Shown piece after piece: positions 1 through 9,099 of a stretch of DNA of 64,000 nucleotides. The DNA comes from a virus (taxonomy: Duplodnaviria > Heunggongvirae > Uroviricota > Caudoviricetes). The notes under the pieces are model-generated. The model was not told where the DNA came from and searched no databases. It saw only the letters and a program-made list of their open reading frames with translations. The DNA lies in IMG/VR virus record IMGVR_UViG_3300021400_000932; one strand, written 5' to 3'. Made by a program: the position numbers and the translations under genes. Each line of letters opens with the position of its first letter. Position 1 is the first letter of the stretch.

Positions 1-362
1 TTACCATCAGCATTAGCATCTGGTGATTCTGACAAGGCAGCACCCATAGCCGAATTGAATGCATCAATGATGGCATCTATGTCAGCATTTGTCATATCTC
101 TGAACACACTATTAGATGGTTCTTCCGATTCCACCTCGTCTGGCATAGTGAATACTGTTGCGGTGTCATCAAATTCAAGTTCAATCAGACTGATAACTTC
201 ATACTCCGGAAAAGGAATAAGGTTGTTATAAATAGTCTTGAATGTTCCATCAGTGTAGTTTACGGATAAACCAACAGACACCTCACCGGCTTCTCCCTCA
301 ACTATCATTTCAATATTATCAATCTTAGATATTTTATTTGTAGCGCTTGTAACTCTGAACAT
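1..362 (-). CDS. Hypothetical acidic protein, partial (runs off window start)
   Basis: ATG at 362 with AGGTGA RBS; manually read open frame MFRVTSATNKISKIDNIEMIVEGEAGEV continuing to position 1. Confidence 0.7.
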   Translation of the reverse strand, partial: MFRVTSATNKISKIDNIEMIVEGEAGEVSVGLSVNYTDGTFKTIYNNLIPFPEYEVISLIELEFDDTATVFTMPDEVESEEPSNSVFRDMTNADIDAIIDAFNSAMGAALSESPDANADG

Positions 363-375
363 AACTAATCACCTA

Positions 376-759
376 TCACTTAGTTAGTGGCTTGTCAACA
401 ATCAGTTCATCCGGATGAAGAACATAATAAATATACGGAATCTGCCAAGCAGATGGGTCCGCGTTAATCATCTCATCCAACAGCTCATTGTAATCATCGG
501 AAGATTCATTCTCATCTAAGAGGTAATCATCATAATAAATGTCGAGCCTATCAACGATGCCATCAATGCCGAAGAATTCATCATCTTCGATGCCGCCAAG
601 ATTAGCGCCCTGCAAATCAATGAGTTTCCAGCAAGGTTTCTCCAACTCATCGGAGTATCCAGTTTCATAATCGAAGTCAAAAGCATTTAGAAATTCCGTT
701 ACTGTCATTTTTGGTATCGGATTACCCCTGTAGCTTGTCGCTTTAATATATCTTTTCAT
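376..759 (-). CDS. Putative internal head protein (MKRYIKA N-terminus)
   Basis: 127-aa acidic ORF; N-terminus MKRYIKATS shared with neighbouring ORFs. Confidence 0.55.
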   Translation of the reverse strand: MKRYIKATSYRGNPIPKMTVTEFLNAFDFDYETGYSDELEKPCWKLIDLQGANLGGIEDDEFFGIDGIVDRLDIYYDDYLLDENESSDDYNELLDEMINADPSAWQIPYIYYVLHPDELIVDKPLTK

Positions 760-760
760 A

Positions 761-1060
761 TTACAACTCCACTTCTTGATAATCGACTACCCACACATTA
801 GGAACGCTTGCGATAGTTTCAACAACTTTCAATCCCCAAGATGGGAAATATCTATGCAATTCTTCCTCTGCATAGCTTGGCAGATAAGTCGGTTTTAACA
901 ATACATTACCATCAACATCTTCTACTTTTCGTAGAACCGGTCTTGAAATTCTTTTTGCGATGTCTATATAACGAGTTGGTACATGTATCTGTTTACCATC
1001 GAAGGAAAAATTTTCGCTGTAATCTTCATCGAAATAATCATTACAAATTACTCTCTTCAT
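761..1060 (-). CDS. Hypothetical protein (MKRVIC N-terminus)
   Basis: 99-aa ORF tightly packed between neighbours. Confidence 0.55.
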   Translation of the reverse strand: MKRVICNDYFDEDYSENFSFDGKQIHVPTRYIDIAKRISRPVLRKVEDVDGNVLLKPTYLPSYAEEELHRYFPSWGLKVVETIASVPNVWVVDYQEVEL

Positions 1061-1694
1061 TGTTCAGACTCTCCTGATATTCAGCTTTGTACCTATTGTA
1101 GTCATCTTGCATAGCTTCTGCAATGAACTTCCCACAAAGAGGTTTAAGTTCCTTTCTAGTTGAATGTATATCTACATATGCTTCTACTACATACCCAATA
1201 GCCCCAGATTTTGTAACTTTATCTCTCCATGTATTTTCCCAACCGTTCTCAACTACTTTTTTAGCATAGTCAGCCAATCTACTTTGATATCCATTATATA
1301 AATACTCATAATTATCAGCTTCAAGCATTATATCATCTGCTATCTCTTCAGCAGTCATTCTCTCACCATCTACAACGGCAGTATTGGGGTCAGGCTTTTC
1401 TTTCGGAGTAATATAACTTTGGTCGAAATATCGTTTATCATAAATTCGTACTTCCGCATTTCTGTATGAAATGTATGCACACTCATCCCACAAACCAAGA
1501 GTAGTATTACGACTTCTTTCAAAAGCCCCTACAAGAAACCGGTCTTCTGAATTATTTTCTGGGTTGAAGTTTCGAATATTCTTGAATATTTCTGTCGGTT
1601 CTGCTGTGATAGGACCATCATATAAGATTTTATTGCGATATGTAACAATGATATCCCTATTAAGATTTCCACTTGCTTTAATATATCTTTTCAT
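1041..1694 (-). CDS. Putative internal head protein (MKRYIKAS N-terminus)
   Basis: 217 aa; GAGGTGA RBS; shared N-terminal motif. Confidence 0.55.
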   Translation of the reverse strand: MKRYIKASGNLNRDIIVTYRNKILYDGPITAEPTEIFKNIRNFNPENNSEDRFLVGAFERSRNTTLGLWDECAYISYRNAEVRIYDKRYFDQSYITPKEKPDPNTAVVDGERMTAEEIADDIMLEADNYEYLYNGYQSRLADYAKKVVENGWENTWRDKVTKSGAIGYVVEAYVDIHSTRKELKPLCGKFIAEAMQDDYNRYKAEYQESLNNEESNL

Positions 1695-1714
1695 ATCAAT
1701 TCACCTCTGGTTTA

Positions 1715-2476
1715 TTAGTCTCTGGTGTTGATGTACTCACCATTTTCATATACATAAACTTCCAAATCTTCTTCAGAACAGCCATACTGGTTCGCTAATT
1801 CGGATATAAGTTTATCCCCACCACGCCAAATAATGTCATCAATAACAAGGTAGCCATATACCCAATCATCTACAAGAGATTCGAATGAGTATAAATCGGA
1901 AAAGTCGATTTCAGCAGCTTGTTCATCCGGAATTTCTAATATTCCGATACGAAACTCACCGCCACAACTAAGCGCCATATTGCCATAAAACTTTATTGCT
2001 TCATCGGTGTGGAACTCTTTGCAATAAACAAGTGTACAATAATCACCCTGAGAATATCCGCTAAAACCCTCAGAATCCCAAACTTTTCCTGTTTTTGCCT
2101 CTAAATATGCAACTAATGCTTCTATGTAGTCACCATCTACTGCATACTCTATGCAAGAATCAAGAAGTGCAATGGTATTATCATCAGTATTGAATCCTTC
2201 TTCTTCAACATAGTCAAGATGATTTGCAAAAGAATCCTCCTCTGCATAATCATAATTCCCATCATTGAGGTAATCATATAAATCATCGACTAAGCCGTCA
2301 ATAGCAGATTTACAATCTGAATACACATCCCCATTAATCCAGCAATTATCACTATCGAAAAACACAAACAAAGTGTAGTTGAAATCACCGCCAGCGGGTT
2401 TAATACCATCATCGTCAAAAGCAAAACTAAAATCTTCTTGACCTGGTTCTAATTGTGTTGCAATATACTTGAACAT
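1715..2476 (-). CDS. Hypothetical acidic protein
   Basis: 253 aa, very D/E-rich; GAGGGA RBS. Confidence 0.6.
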   Translation of the reverse strand: MFKYIATQLEPGQEDFSFAFDDDGIKPAGGDFNYTLFVFFDSDNCWINGDVYSDCKSAIDGLVDDLYDYLNDGNYDYAEEDSFANHLDYVEEEGFNTDDNTIALLDSCIEYAVDGDYIEALVAYLEAKTGKVWDSEGFSGYSQGDYCTLVYCKEFHTDEAIKFYGNMALSCGGEFRIGILEIPDEQAAEIDFSDLYSFESLVDDWVYGYLVIDDIIWRGGDKLISELANQYGCSEEDLEVYVYENGEYINTRD

Positions 2477-2505
2477 AAGTTATCCCTCATTTTGTGTATA
2501 GTTTA

Positions 2506-2895
2506 TTAGGCATCGAGAATTCTAGCCAAGAGGCCTATTGTTGAATCCAATTCAGCAACAAGCTCATTCCAAGTGCCAGTTATGTGTTTCTCCGCACCGA
2601 ATTTGTAGTATATGTGAATATCCTTACCAAAACTTATTTTGCAAAGCGCTGTGATTGCTTCGCTGTTTGCAAACACAAGAAGTCTCGGAAATGCAACTTT
2701 ATGCTCTTTGCAGTAATCATATGCCAGTTCAAATCCATAAAAAGAACCTCGAAGGTCATCTATAGTAAATGCCGACTGCCTACCATAATCACATAACTTG
2801 CAGAAATATTCATACTCTTCCGGACCGAAGATACCGGATTCTATGCTTTTGGCATAATCCCGATGTCCCATAGTAGACCCTAAAACTCTTTTCAT
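2506..2895 (-). CDS. Hypothetical protein (MKRVLGS N-terminus)
   Basis: 129 aa; start overlaps the holin stop (TAATG). Confidence 0.55.
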   Translation of the reverse strand: MKRVLGSTMGHRDYAKSIESGIFGPEEYEYFCKLCDYGRQSAFTIDDLRGSFYGFELAYDYCKEHKVAFPRLLVFANSEAITALCKISFGKDIHIYYKFGAEKHITGTWNELVAELDSTIGLLARILDA

Positions 2896-3254
2896 TACTT
2901 GGATTCCTCAGTTGTCGTTGTAGCGTCAGTCTTCTTTAGCTTGTTCTGAGCAATATTCATCTCTTTAACAGCGGATTCAATCAAGACATCCAACTGCTCT
3001 GCGGTAACATTGATTTTATTCTCAGAAAGAACTTCATCAATAAAAGAGAGTACATACTTTTTCTTCTGTTCGCCGGTTTCTGCTGTAAGAACCTGCTCAG
3101 CTTTCAAGACAGCAAATTTAACCCAACCCGCTAATTTAGTAAACTGTTCGTCACCAATCTTATTCTTAATCAGCGGTACAAGGTATATCGACACAATAAT
3201 AAGGATTAGGGTAATAACACCCTCTACGATATATTTAATAAGTACATCATTCAT
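2895..3254 (-). CDS. Phage holin, LL-H family
   Basis: N-terminal TM helix followed by AVLKAEQ..GEQKKKYV..QLDVLIESAVKEMN; RBS spacing favours the second ATG (3254). Confidence 0.8.
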   Translation of the reverse strand: MNDVLIKYIVEGVITLILIIVSIYLVPLIKNKIGDEQFTKLAGWVKFAVLKAEQVLTAETGEQKKKYVLSFIDEVLSENKINVTAEQLDVLIESAVKEMNIAQNKLKKTDATTTTEESK

Positions 3255-3597
3255 TATTTTCATCTCCCGTGTCTTCTATGAAGTCATCTAATTGTGCAGG
3301 CTTGGGTTTTAAGCCTAAAGCTATATCTTCAAGTTTCTCTGCACGCTTAATGTATTTATCCTTAGTTGATTTTATCCAACCCATCACACCAAGTTCACCG
3401 GTACAAGCACCGAATACGCAAGTAACAAGAGTATCCGGAATACCTCCAGTCTTTATATACAAATAAATCATGCAACCAGTAAACAGAAATAAATATATTC
3501 CTATTACTATAAGCACGATATTCATTGTTTTAAGACTTTTCCGTATCTTTTCATCCTCGGTGAGAGTTTTGGACTTTATGATGCGTTTCGGGTTCAT
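3247..3597 (-). CDS. Two-TM membrane protein, possible second holin or lysis accessory
   Basis: Two hydrophobic segments; adjacent to the holin. Confidence 0.55.
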   Translation of the reverse strand: MNPKRIIKSKTLTEDEKIRKSLKTMNIVLIVIGIYLFLFTGCMIYLYIKTGGIPDTLVTCVFGACTGELGVMGWIKSTKDKYIKRAEKLEDIALGLKPKPAQLDDFIEDTGDENNE

Positions 3598-4214
3598 AGC
3601 TTAACATACCCCGTACAAGCACCAGAACCAGAAATAACGCATTGAACCTTGGTATATCCTGATTCATCGGTATCCTCAAGAGGACTTACAACGCCATTGA
3701 TTTTAGCGAATGGGTATACGCCAGGACCTCTGTAGATGGTTGTTGCACCATTTAATTGAACGATGCCATTGATAGCAACCTTTTTCTTTTTAGTTGCTTT
3801 CGGTGCATCATCTTTCTTCTCATCTTTTTTGGGTTCTTCTGCTGGTGCATCCTCAGCAGGAGTTTCTTCCGCAGTAGTCTCCTCAGCAGTAGTTTCCTCC
3901 GCAGGTGCATCAGCAATGGGTGCATCCTCAGCAGGTGCATCATCAGTAGGAGTTTCTTCAACTTCGGCAGTTTCCACTTCCTCAGCAGTTTCTGCTACCT
4001 CGGCAGGTGCATCAGCAACAGGAACCTCAGCATCAGTTTTGACAGGTTCCTCGATTTTTTCAACAGTTTCAACAGGGTTTTCAACAACCGGCGCTACAGC
4101 ATCCGGAGTTTCCACAGTTTCAACAGACTTTTCCACATCAGCAGCTTTAGCCTTTGTGGTCTTAGTAGTCTTTGTAGTTTTAGGGGCTGTGCCATCTTTT
4201 CTTGGTCTTGCCAT
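3594..4214 (-). CDS. Low-complexity acidic protein with basic N-terminus and SH3-like C-terminal domain
   Basis: MARPRK start, A/E/T/P repeats (AEETT, DAPAE), C-terminal TIYRGPG..GYTKV..TGYVKL. Confidence 0.5.
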   Translation of the reverse strand: MARPRKDGTAPKTTKTTKTTKAKAADVEKSVETVETPDAVAPVVENPVETVEKIEEPVKTDAEVPVADAPAEVAETAEEVETAEVEETPTDDAPAEDAPIADAPAEETTAEETTAEETPAEDAPAEEPKKDEKKDDAPKATKKKKVAINGIVQLNGATTIYRGPGVYPFAKINGVVSPLEDTDESGYTKVQCVISGSGACTGYVKL

Positions 4215-4251
4215 ATATTTAGCATCTCCTTTAATTTAGGCTTCATTGGTA

Positions 4252-4665
4252 TTAAAGGTTAGATTTTCTCTGTTCTGTATACTTATCCCAAAACATCCGC
4301 ATAATCACCCGCACTCGTGAAAATTGTGAGGAATCAAGGTCAAAGTCATAGTCGATTACTAACCTTTTTTGGGAAATAGAAAGCAAGCCGGAAGATTTAA
4401 CACAGGCACGTATATCTTTATCATCTATATTAGCCGCAGTATCATCAAGAAGACCGTACTTTTGCTCGTATTCCCGTTGTTTTTTCAGTTCTTTTCGATG
4501 TTCTAAGTCCTTTGGTGGGATATCCGTAATAGCCCAGTCTATAGATTCTGGAATAGTTAGAGTTCCTTCCCCCAACTCCCATAACTTTCTTGACTTCTTG
4601 GCAATATATACCGCAGCTAAATAATCATTTCCAAATTTGCGAAGTATTTCGCTATGGTCAATCAT
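4252..4665 (-). CDS. Hypothetical protein with RNA polymerase omega-like N-terminus
   Basis: EILRKFGNDYLAAVYIAKKSRKL resembles the RpoZ pattern ..K..nrY.lv...akRarqL. Confidence 0.4.
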   Translation of the reverse strand: MIDHSEILRKFGNDYLAAVYIAKKSRKLWELGEGTLTIPESIDWAITDIPPKDLEHRKELKKQREYEQKYGLLDDTAANIDDKDIRACVKSSGLLSISQKRLVIDYDFDLDSSQFSRVRVIMRMFWDKYTEQRKSNL

Positions 4666-4743
4666 ATCCGCTGCGGATAACTTTACAAGGACTTAACATA
4701 GTTATATTTCTCCTTTGCTTAGGAATAGGGCAATTCTAAGAAA

Positions 4744-4753
4744 TATAACGATT
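4744..4753 (-). promoter_or_regulatory. Class A phage promoter motif AATCGTTATA
   Basis: Exact 10-mer recurring in nine upstream positions in the window. Confidence 0.6.
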
Positions 4754-4766
4754 TGGTGATTAAATA

Positions 4767-5855
4767 TTAACACTTAGCATCATGTACTTGATATTGAGCA
4801 TAATCAATATCGAGCAACCAACCGTCTATAACACTTTGTTCCTCATGAGCAGCACAGCTATACAGAGCTTCCAAGCAATTTCGATAGTCAGCTAATGCAG
4901 TTTCGAGGATTGTCCACCTATCCGGACATTCTGTATCGCAGTAATCATTACAATAGCAAAGTGTAACCTCTGTAGAGGGATTGTGCATCTTAGTCCATTT
5001 GGCGAGGGTTTCCATCTGATACTGAGTAGAATACTTCAGACTTTCAATGAAGCTCATGAAGTCATTATCGCCATAAATTCTGTTTATGAACAGATAAAAC
5101 ACACAGGAGTAGAATGTAGTTGCACAATCGAATGTTCCTGCATAAATATCGCCGGAATCAACTTCGCCATCATATTCATCTACAACATAGTCATCATCTG
5201 TCGGTAGAATTTCATATGCTGATTCGCCCTCTGGAACAGTATCAATGAACTCATCATCATCGAGAACTGCGCGAATATCTGCATATGCAGAGCCGATGTC
5301 ATAAGAACACTGAATTGCAGTAATATCAATGGTATCCTCAGACTCACCGACAATTCTGTTAAGAGAAACCTTAATCCTCTTACTTGCGGTAACTTCCGAT
5401 TTCAGATTTTCAATCGCCGTTTTTATCTGGGATTCGGATGGGTTATTCAGATAGTCAGCTTTAGTTTTTCCGGTTCGTTTATTTTTTACGGTAACAAAGA
5501 TATCTTTCGTATCTCCCCACTGAACCTTTGAAATCTCAAATTCATCTAAATCATCAGCATTTTCCGCATCTGATTTTGGGGTGACCGTGATTCTTTCTAC
5601 AGACATTGGAACTTCTTCTGTCTGCTTGTCAGCTTCATCGGAAGATGGCTTATTCTTTGATTTATTACCATATTTCTTTCTTGCCTTTTCCGCTTCTTTT
5701 TTGACATCATCGGAAACCTTGTCATCGGTCTTTTTGTCATAACTATCATCAGAAAATAAACTGTCGATAAACTTATTCAGTAATTTAGATAACAAGTTAC
5801 CGACACTATCGAGTAAGGAACTACTGGATGCCGAGGCTGAAATATGTTTCTTCAT
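4767..5855 (-). CDS. Putative head/internal virion protein
   Basis: 362 aa; KKHISAS, EVTAS and AIQCS motifs; located in the head cluster. Confidence 0.5.
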   Translation of the reverse strand: MKKHISASASSSSLLDSVGNLLSKLLNKFIDSLFSDDSYDKKTDDKVSDDVKKEAEKARKKYGNKSKNKPSSDEADKQTEEVPMSVERITVTPKSDAENADDLDEFEISKVQWGDTKDIFVTVKNKRTGKTKADYLNNPSESQIKTAIENLKSEVTASKRIKVSLNRIVGESEDTIDITAIQCSYDIGSAYADIRAVLDDDEFIDTVPEGESAYEILPTDDDYVVDEYDGEVDSGDIYAGTFDCATTFYSCVFYLFINRIYGDNDFMSFIESLKYSTQYQMETLAKWTKMHNPSTEVTLCYCNDYCDTECPDRWTILETALADYRNCLEALYSCAAHEEQSVIDGWLLDIDYAQYQVHDAKC

Positions 5856-5880
5856 ATTAAAATATCCTTTCTAAACATAA

Positions 5881-5909
5881 GCGGAGCTGTCCAATGTGGA
5901 AAGCTCCGC
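5881..5909 (-). terminator. Stem-loop, probable terminator or stabiliser
   Basis: GCGGAGCT/AGCTCCGC inverted repeat downstream of the 5932-6366 ORF. Confidence 0.5.
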
Positions 5910-5931
5910 TATATAAATGTCAGCTATTGAC

Positions 5932-6366
5932 TTATTTAGAAACCTTGCGAGCGGGTCTGCGGGTGGACGCACTAACAGGTCTGCGCGGACGAGTGCCGAC
6001 GCCAGGTCTGCGAGTTCTCGAAGAAGCACTAACAGGCTTCTTACCACGGAGAACCTTAGTAGATGCTTCAAGGATTTCCTCGGTGCCTTCAGGCTCAACG
6101 GTATAGTCATAATCACCTACGGTAAATACAACGCTGTTTTCATCAGCTTCGACTTCAACATCTTCGCCGGTAACCTCAGCAACGAGCTGTGCTACATCAG
6201 TAGCCTCAAATACGAGCTCAGTAGCCTCAGGCGCTACTTCAACAGCGCCGGTTTCCTCGGTTTCGGTGCCCTTTGGAGCATCTTCCTCAGCAGCACGAAT
6301 AGCCTTGCGGGTTACGGTCTTCCCAGCAAGCACACGGGAATGCTTCTTAGAAATATTCATAATCAA
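5932..6366 (-). CDS. Putative prohead core/scaffold protein
   Basis: Acidic core flanked by basic tails carrying RVLAG, AIRAA and PVSAS x2; strong codon bias similar to the capsid gene. Confidence 0.55.
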   Translation of the reverse strand: MIMNISKKHSRVLAGKTVTRKAIRAAEEDAPKGTETEETGAVEVAPEATELVFEATDVAQLVAEVTGEDVEVEADENSVVFTVGDYDYTVEPEGTEEILEASTKVLRGKKPVSASSRTRRPGVGTRPRRPVSASTRRPARKVSK

Positions 6367-6390
6367 CTCTCCTTATAAAAGTAATAATTG

Positions 6391-7107
6391 TTAATTAACA
6401 ACGATTAGTTTGTTTTTCCGACTTTCCAGTTCAGCACGAATTGTTTCTAATTCAGCATTAGCTTCTGATAGAAGAATTTCTCCATCAGTAGAAACGTTTG
6501 AACCTTCTATGGTATATTTAGAACGGGACCGGCCTAATGATTTCTTCATATAGGCTTCTCCCAATCTAATGAGGTAGTCGAGCCAAGTTTGGCTCTTGAT
6601 TTCCGATACATCTTTATAATCCGGAACATATCTTATAGTAACAGAACCAGGCTGTACTTGTTTACAAGTACAATATACGCACTGGTTATCAACACTATAT
6701 GTCCATTGGAAATCTTGGGATAGCGTATTGGCTGCCTGAGCCATAGATAATTGTAAAATTATCGGGTCTAAATCAGACGTAGAAGCATTCTGTAAACCAC
6801 CAAAATTAACAGCAGCCGCTACTTGGAATACATTAGTACTGTCAACATTACTTAATGCCAAGCCGACTTTCGGTCTTGATGGATATACATACAATACCTT
6901 GTTTGTGATAATACCCTGTTCAAGTAAATCAATACGCCTTGAATATGGAACTGTCTTATCTTCCGGATTCTTGATATATCGCTTTAGTTCTCTGAATGCA
7001 ATTAGTACCGCATCTTCGATATGCAGGTCTTCCACATTCTCGTTAGCAGGTATGCCAAGTAGAAAGCTAATCTGGTGAACGATTTCTGCCATTGTCATAC
7101 TCAGCAC
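6391..7107 (-). CDS. Neck/head-completion protein (T4 gp13-like)
   Basis: C-terminal LGRSRSKY..NVSTDGEILLSEANAELETIRAEL pattern; position in the head cluster. Confidence 0.65.
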   Translation of the reverse strand: MLSMTMAEIVHQISFLLGIPANENVEDLHIEDAVLIAFRELKRYIKNPEDKTVPYSRRIDLLEQGIITNKVLYVYPSRPKVGLALSNVDSTNVFQVAAAVNFGGLQNASTSDLDPIILQLSMAQAANTLSQDFQWTYSVDNQCVYCTCKQVQPGSVTIRYVPDYKDVSEIKSQTWLDYLIRLGEAYMKKSLGRSRSKYTIEGSNVSTDGEILLSEANAELETIRAELESRKNKLIVVN

Positions 7108-7153
7108 ACCTCCTAAACAAGAAAAACATACAACCTATGTAGATAGCAGTAAA

Positions 7154-7501
7154 TTATTCAGTAGTGACAGTGATAGCAAAGCCCTCGTTAGCCAGAGCGG
7201 GAGCAAGCTCACCCCAGTAAACGATTTCCTTGGTGTCGGTGGTTTCGAACTCGAACTCGCCATCCTTAACAGCCTTGCGCAGAATAGCGATGATACCAGG
7301 ATGTGCAACAGCAGAACCAACGAAATCTGCCAGAGAGGTAGCTTCGCCGATGCCAGGAGCAACACGGGTGTCATAATAAGTTCCATCAAACACACTCATA
7401 CTGGCCGCATTGTTGTAGCGAGTAAGAATGTCGCAAATCTGGGGAGTGATGGGCTCCACCGGTGCATTAAGGGCGGTATAAGTAATAGAAACTGTAGCCA
7501 T
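7154..7501 (-). CDS. Virion structural protein, possible capsid decoration
   Basis: 115 aa directly downstream of the capsid gene; AAGGAG RBS. Confidence 0.5.
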   Translation of the reverse strand: MATVSITYTALNAPVEPITPQICDILTRYNNAASMSVFDGTYYDTRVAPGIGEATSLADFVGSAVAHPGIIAILRKAVKDGEFEFETTDTKEIVYWGELAPALANEGFAITVTTE

Positions 7502-7536
7502 CGTTACATCTCCTTATAAGAATTTAAGAAATTGTC

Positions 7537-7557
7537 GGCCCAGTAGCCGACTGGGCC
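7537..7557 (-). terminator. Probable intrinsic terminator after the capsid gene
   Basis: GGCCCAG/CTGGGCC stem followed by a T-rich tail on the minus strand. Confidence 0.55.
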
Positions 7558-7604
7558 TATTAGAAAGTTAGTCAGTGGCGAATTGACAATAAGTAAAACG
7601 CAGA

Positions 7605-9041
7605 TTAGTAAGTGCCGAGAATCTTACCAGAAACAACAGTTGCGGGGTTGACAACCTCAGCAGCATACATAGTGCAATAACCCTGCTGTACGGACATATC
7701 AGCAAGACCGATAGCCGGAGTCTCAGTAAAGGGCATATACTCACCGAACAGTGCGGAGTTTCTCTGAATATCATCAGACTTGCAGCACATAACCCAAGTG
7801 TTGGAATCGTAATTCGGGTTGACGAAGATTTCGAATTCCTCAAGGCTACCGAGCTTGTAAGGACCAACGTTGTCATCAGCAGGAGCGGGCTGGAAGCCGT
7901 TAATCATGGTGATGTAAGAACCAACATTAGTACCAGCAACGATACGGTTGGGCTTAGACAGACGAGTTACCTGATATACTGCATCAGAAGCCTGACGGAG
8001 TTTCAGCTTGAACATGTTGAGGTAGTCCGAAGGAACAACCGCATTGGACAGTACGGGAGAAGCATCCCAGTCAAACTGAGGCTTATACTGAGCTGCCTGA
8101 GCCAGCATACCGAAAGCAGTTTCGTTGATTTCAGCAGTCAACTGAGAGAACGCAGCGGACTTAGCCATATCAGCGATGTTAGCACCATACTCCTGCTGAG
8201 CAGCAAAAGCAGCATATACGCTGTGGTAGCTTGCAATCTCATGAGCCTTAGCAACAAGGTTAATCTCGGTCTGGTCAAGATAGAACTTGCCCATAGATGC
8301 ACCGTAGTTACCAGCCTCATTGGGACCAACAAACTCGTTATCATACTGGTAGGTAGCGGAAATCGTTCCGGTAATACCTCCGATAACACCGGTAGCATAG
8401 TTGATGGTACCAGCCGCAGCAGCGCCAGTATTGTCAACGAAACCACCAGAACCATTATCGACATACTCAGTAGTAGTGCCGCTTGCGGTAACAGTGATAA
8501 CGACCGTACCAGGCATAACAGGACGATAAGCCAGAGTGTTAGCAACAACAGCTTCACTACGGATGATACGAGAAGTGAAGTTGGGGTCAATACCCTGACG
8601 GTTTACGAATGGGCTGGACAGCATATCACCCTTGTTGGTAACACCCTTGGTGTTCTCAGCAACAACCTTGAAGTAAGGGATAATCTGCTGACGAGACTTC
8701 ATTGCAACAGAACCGAATACATCGAGAACGAGCAGTTTCTGAACAAACAGAGGGAGCAGTTCAACGAATTCGGGCTTAGCCGCAATATTGGAAGTGTTAG
8801 TCGCACCCATAATAGGACGATAATTTCTCTGAAGCTGCTTTGCAAAGGACTTCTGAGATTCAGTAAGCTGACTCATAGTAGAAGCAGCAATACGACTCTG
8901 ACGAGCCATAGGAGCCTTGCGGTTACGAATGCCAGAAGTGATGGAAGTGCTGGCGGCAACAGAACGACGGGTAGCAGTAGGTCTGCCGAGCTTGGCAGAA
9001 GGTCTGCTATGGATAGTCTTTTTGATAGCCATAGTATTCAT
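7605..9041 (-). CDS. Major capsid protein (T4 gp23-like)
   Basis: 478 aa; follows the prohead protease; LTAEINE and MPF..QQGYCTMYA motifs; basic N-terminal propeptide. Confidence 0.85.
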   Translation of the reverse strand: MNTMAIKKTIHSRPSAKLGRPTATRRSVAASTSITSGIRNRKAPMARQSRIAASTMSQLTESQKSFAKQLQRNYRPIMGATNTSNIAAKPEFVELLPLFVQKLLVLDVFGSVAMKSRQQIIPYFKVVAENTKGVTNKGDMLSSPFVNRQGIDPNFTSRIIRSEAVVANTLAYRPVMPGTVVITVTASGTTTEYVDNGSGGFVDNTGAAAAGTINYATGVIGGITGTISATYQYDNEFVGPNEAGNYGASMGKFYLDQTEINLVAKAHEIASYHSVYAAFAAQQEYGANIADMAKSAAFSQLTAEINETAFGMLAQAAQYKPQFDWDASPVLSNAVVPSDYLNMFKLKLRQASDAVYQVTRLSKPNRIVAGTNVGSYITMINGFQPAPADDNVGPYKLGSLEEFEIFVNPNYDSNTWVMCCKSDDIQRNSALFGEYMPFTETPAIGLADMSVQQGYCTMYAAEVVNPATVVSGKILGTY

Positions 9042-9099
9042 TTTCCTTTCATAATTTGAAAATTTTTTGAAAATATATGATTAAGAAGATAGCATCTTA

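Noticed and set aside
3254-3263. Holin/antiholin dual start (Met-Lys-Ile-Met)
   Set aside because: The GGGAG Shine-Dalgarno abuts the first ATG with no spacing, so only the second ATG is plausibly used.
8223-9059. 278-aa plus-strand ORF and other antisense ORFs (e.g. 3756-4262, 13483-14124)
   Set aside because: These are shadows of strongly biased minus-strand genes, with no RBS or recognisable motifs.
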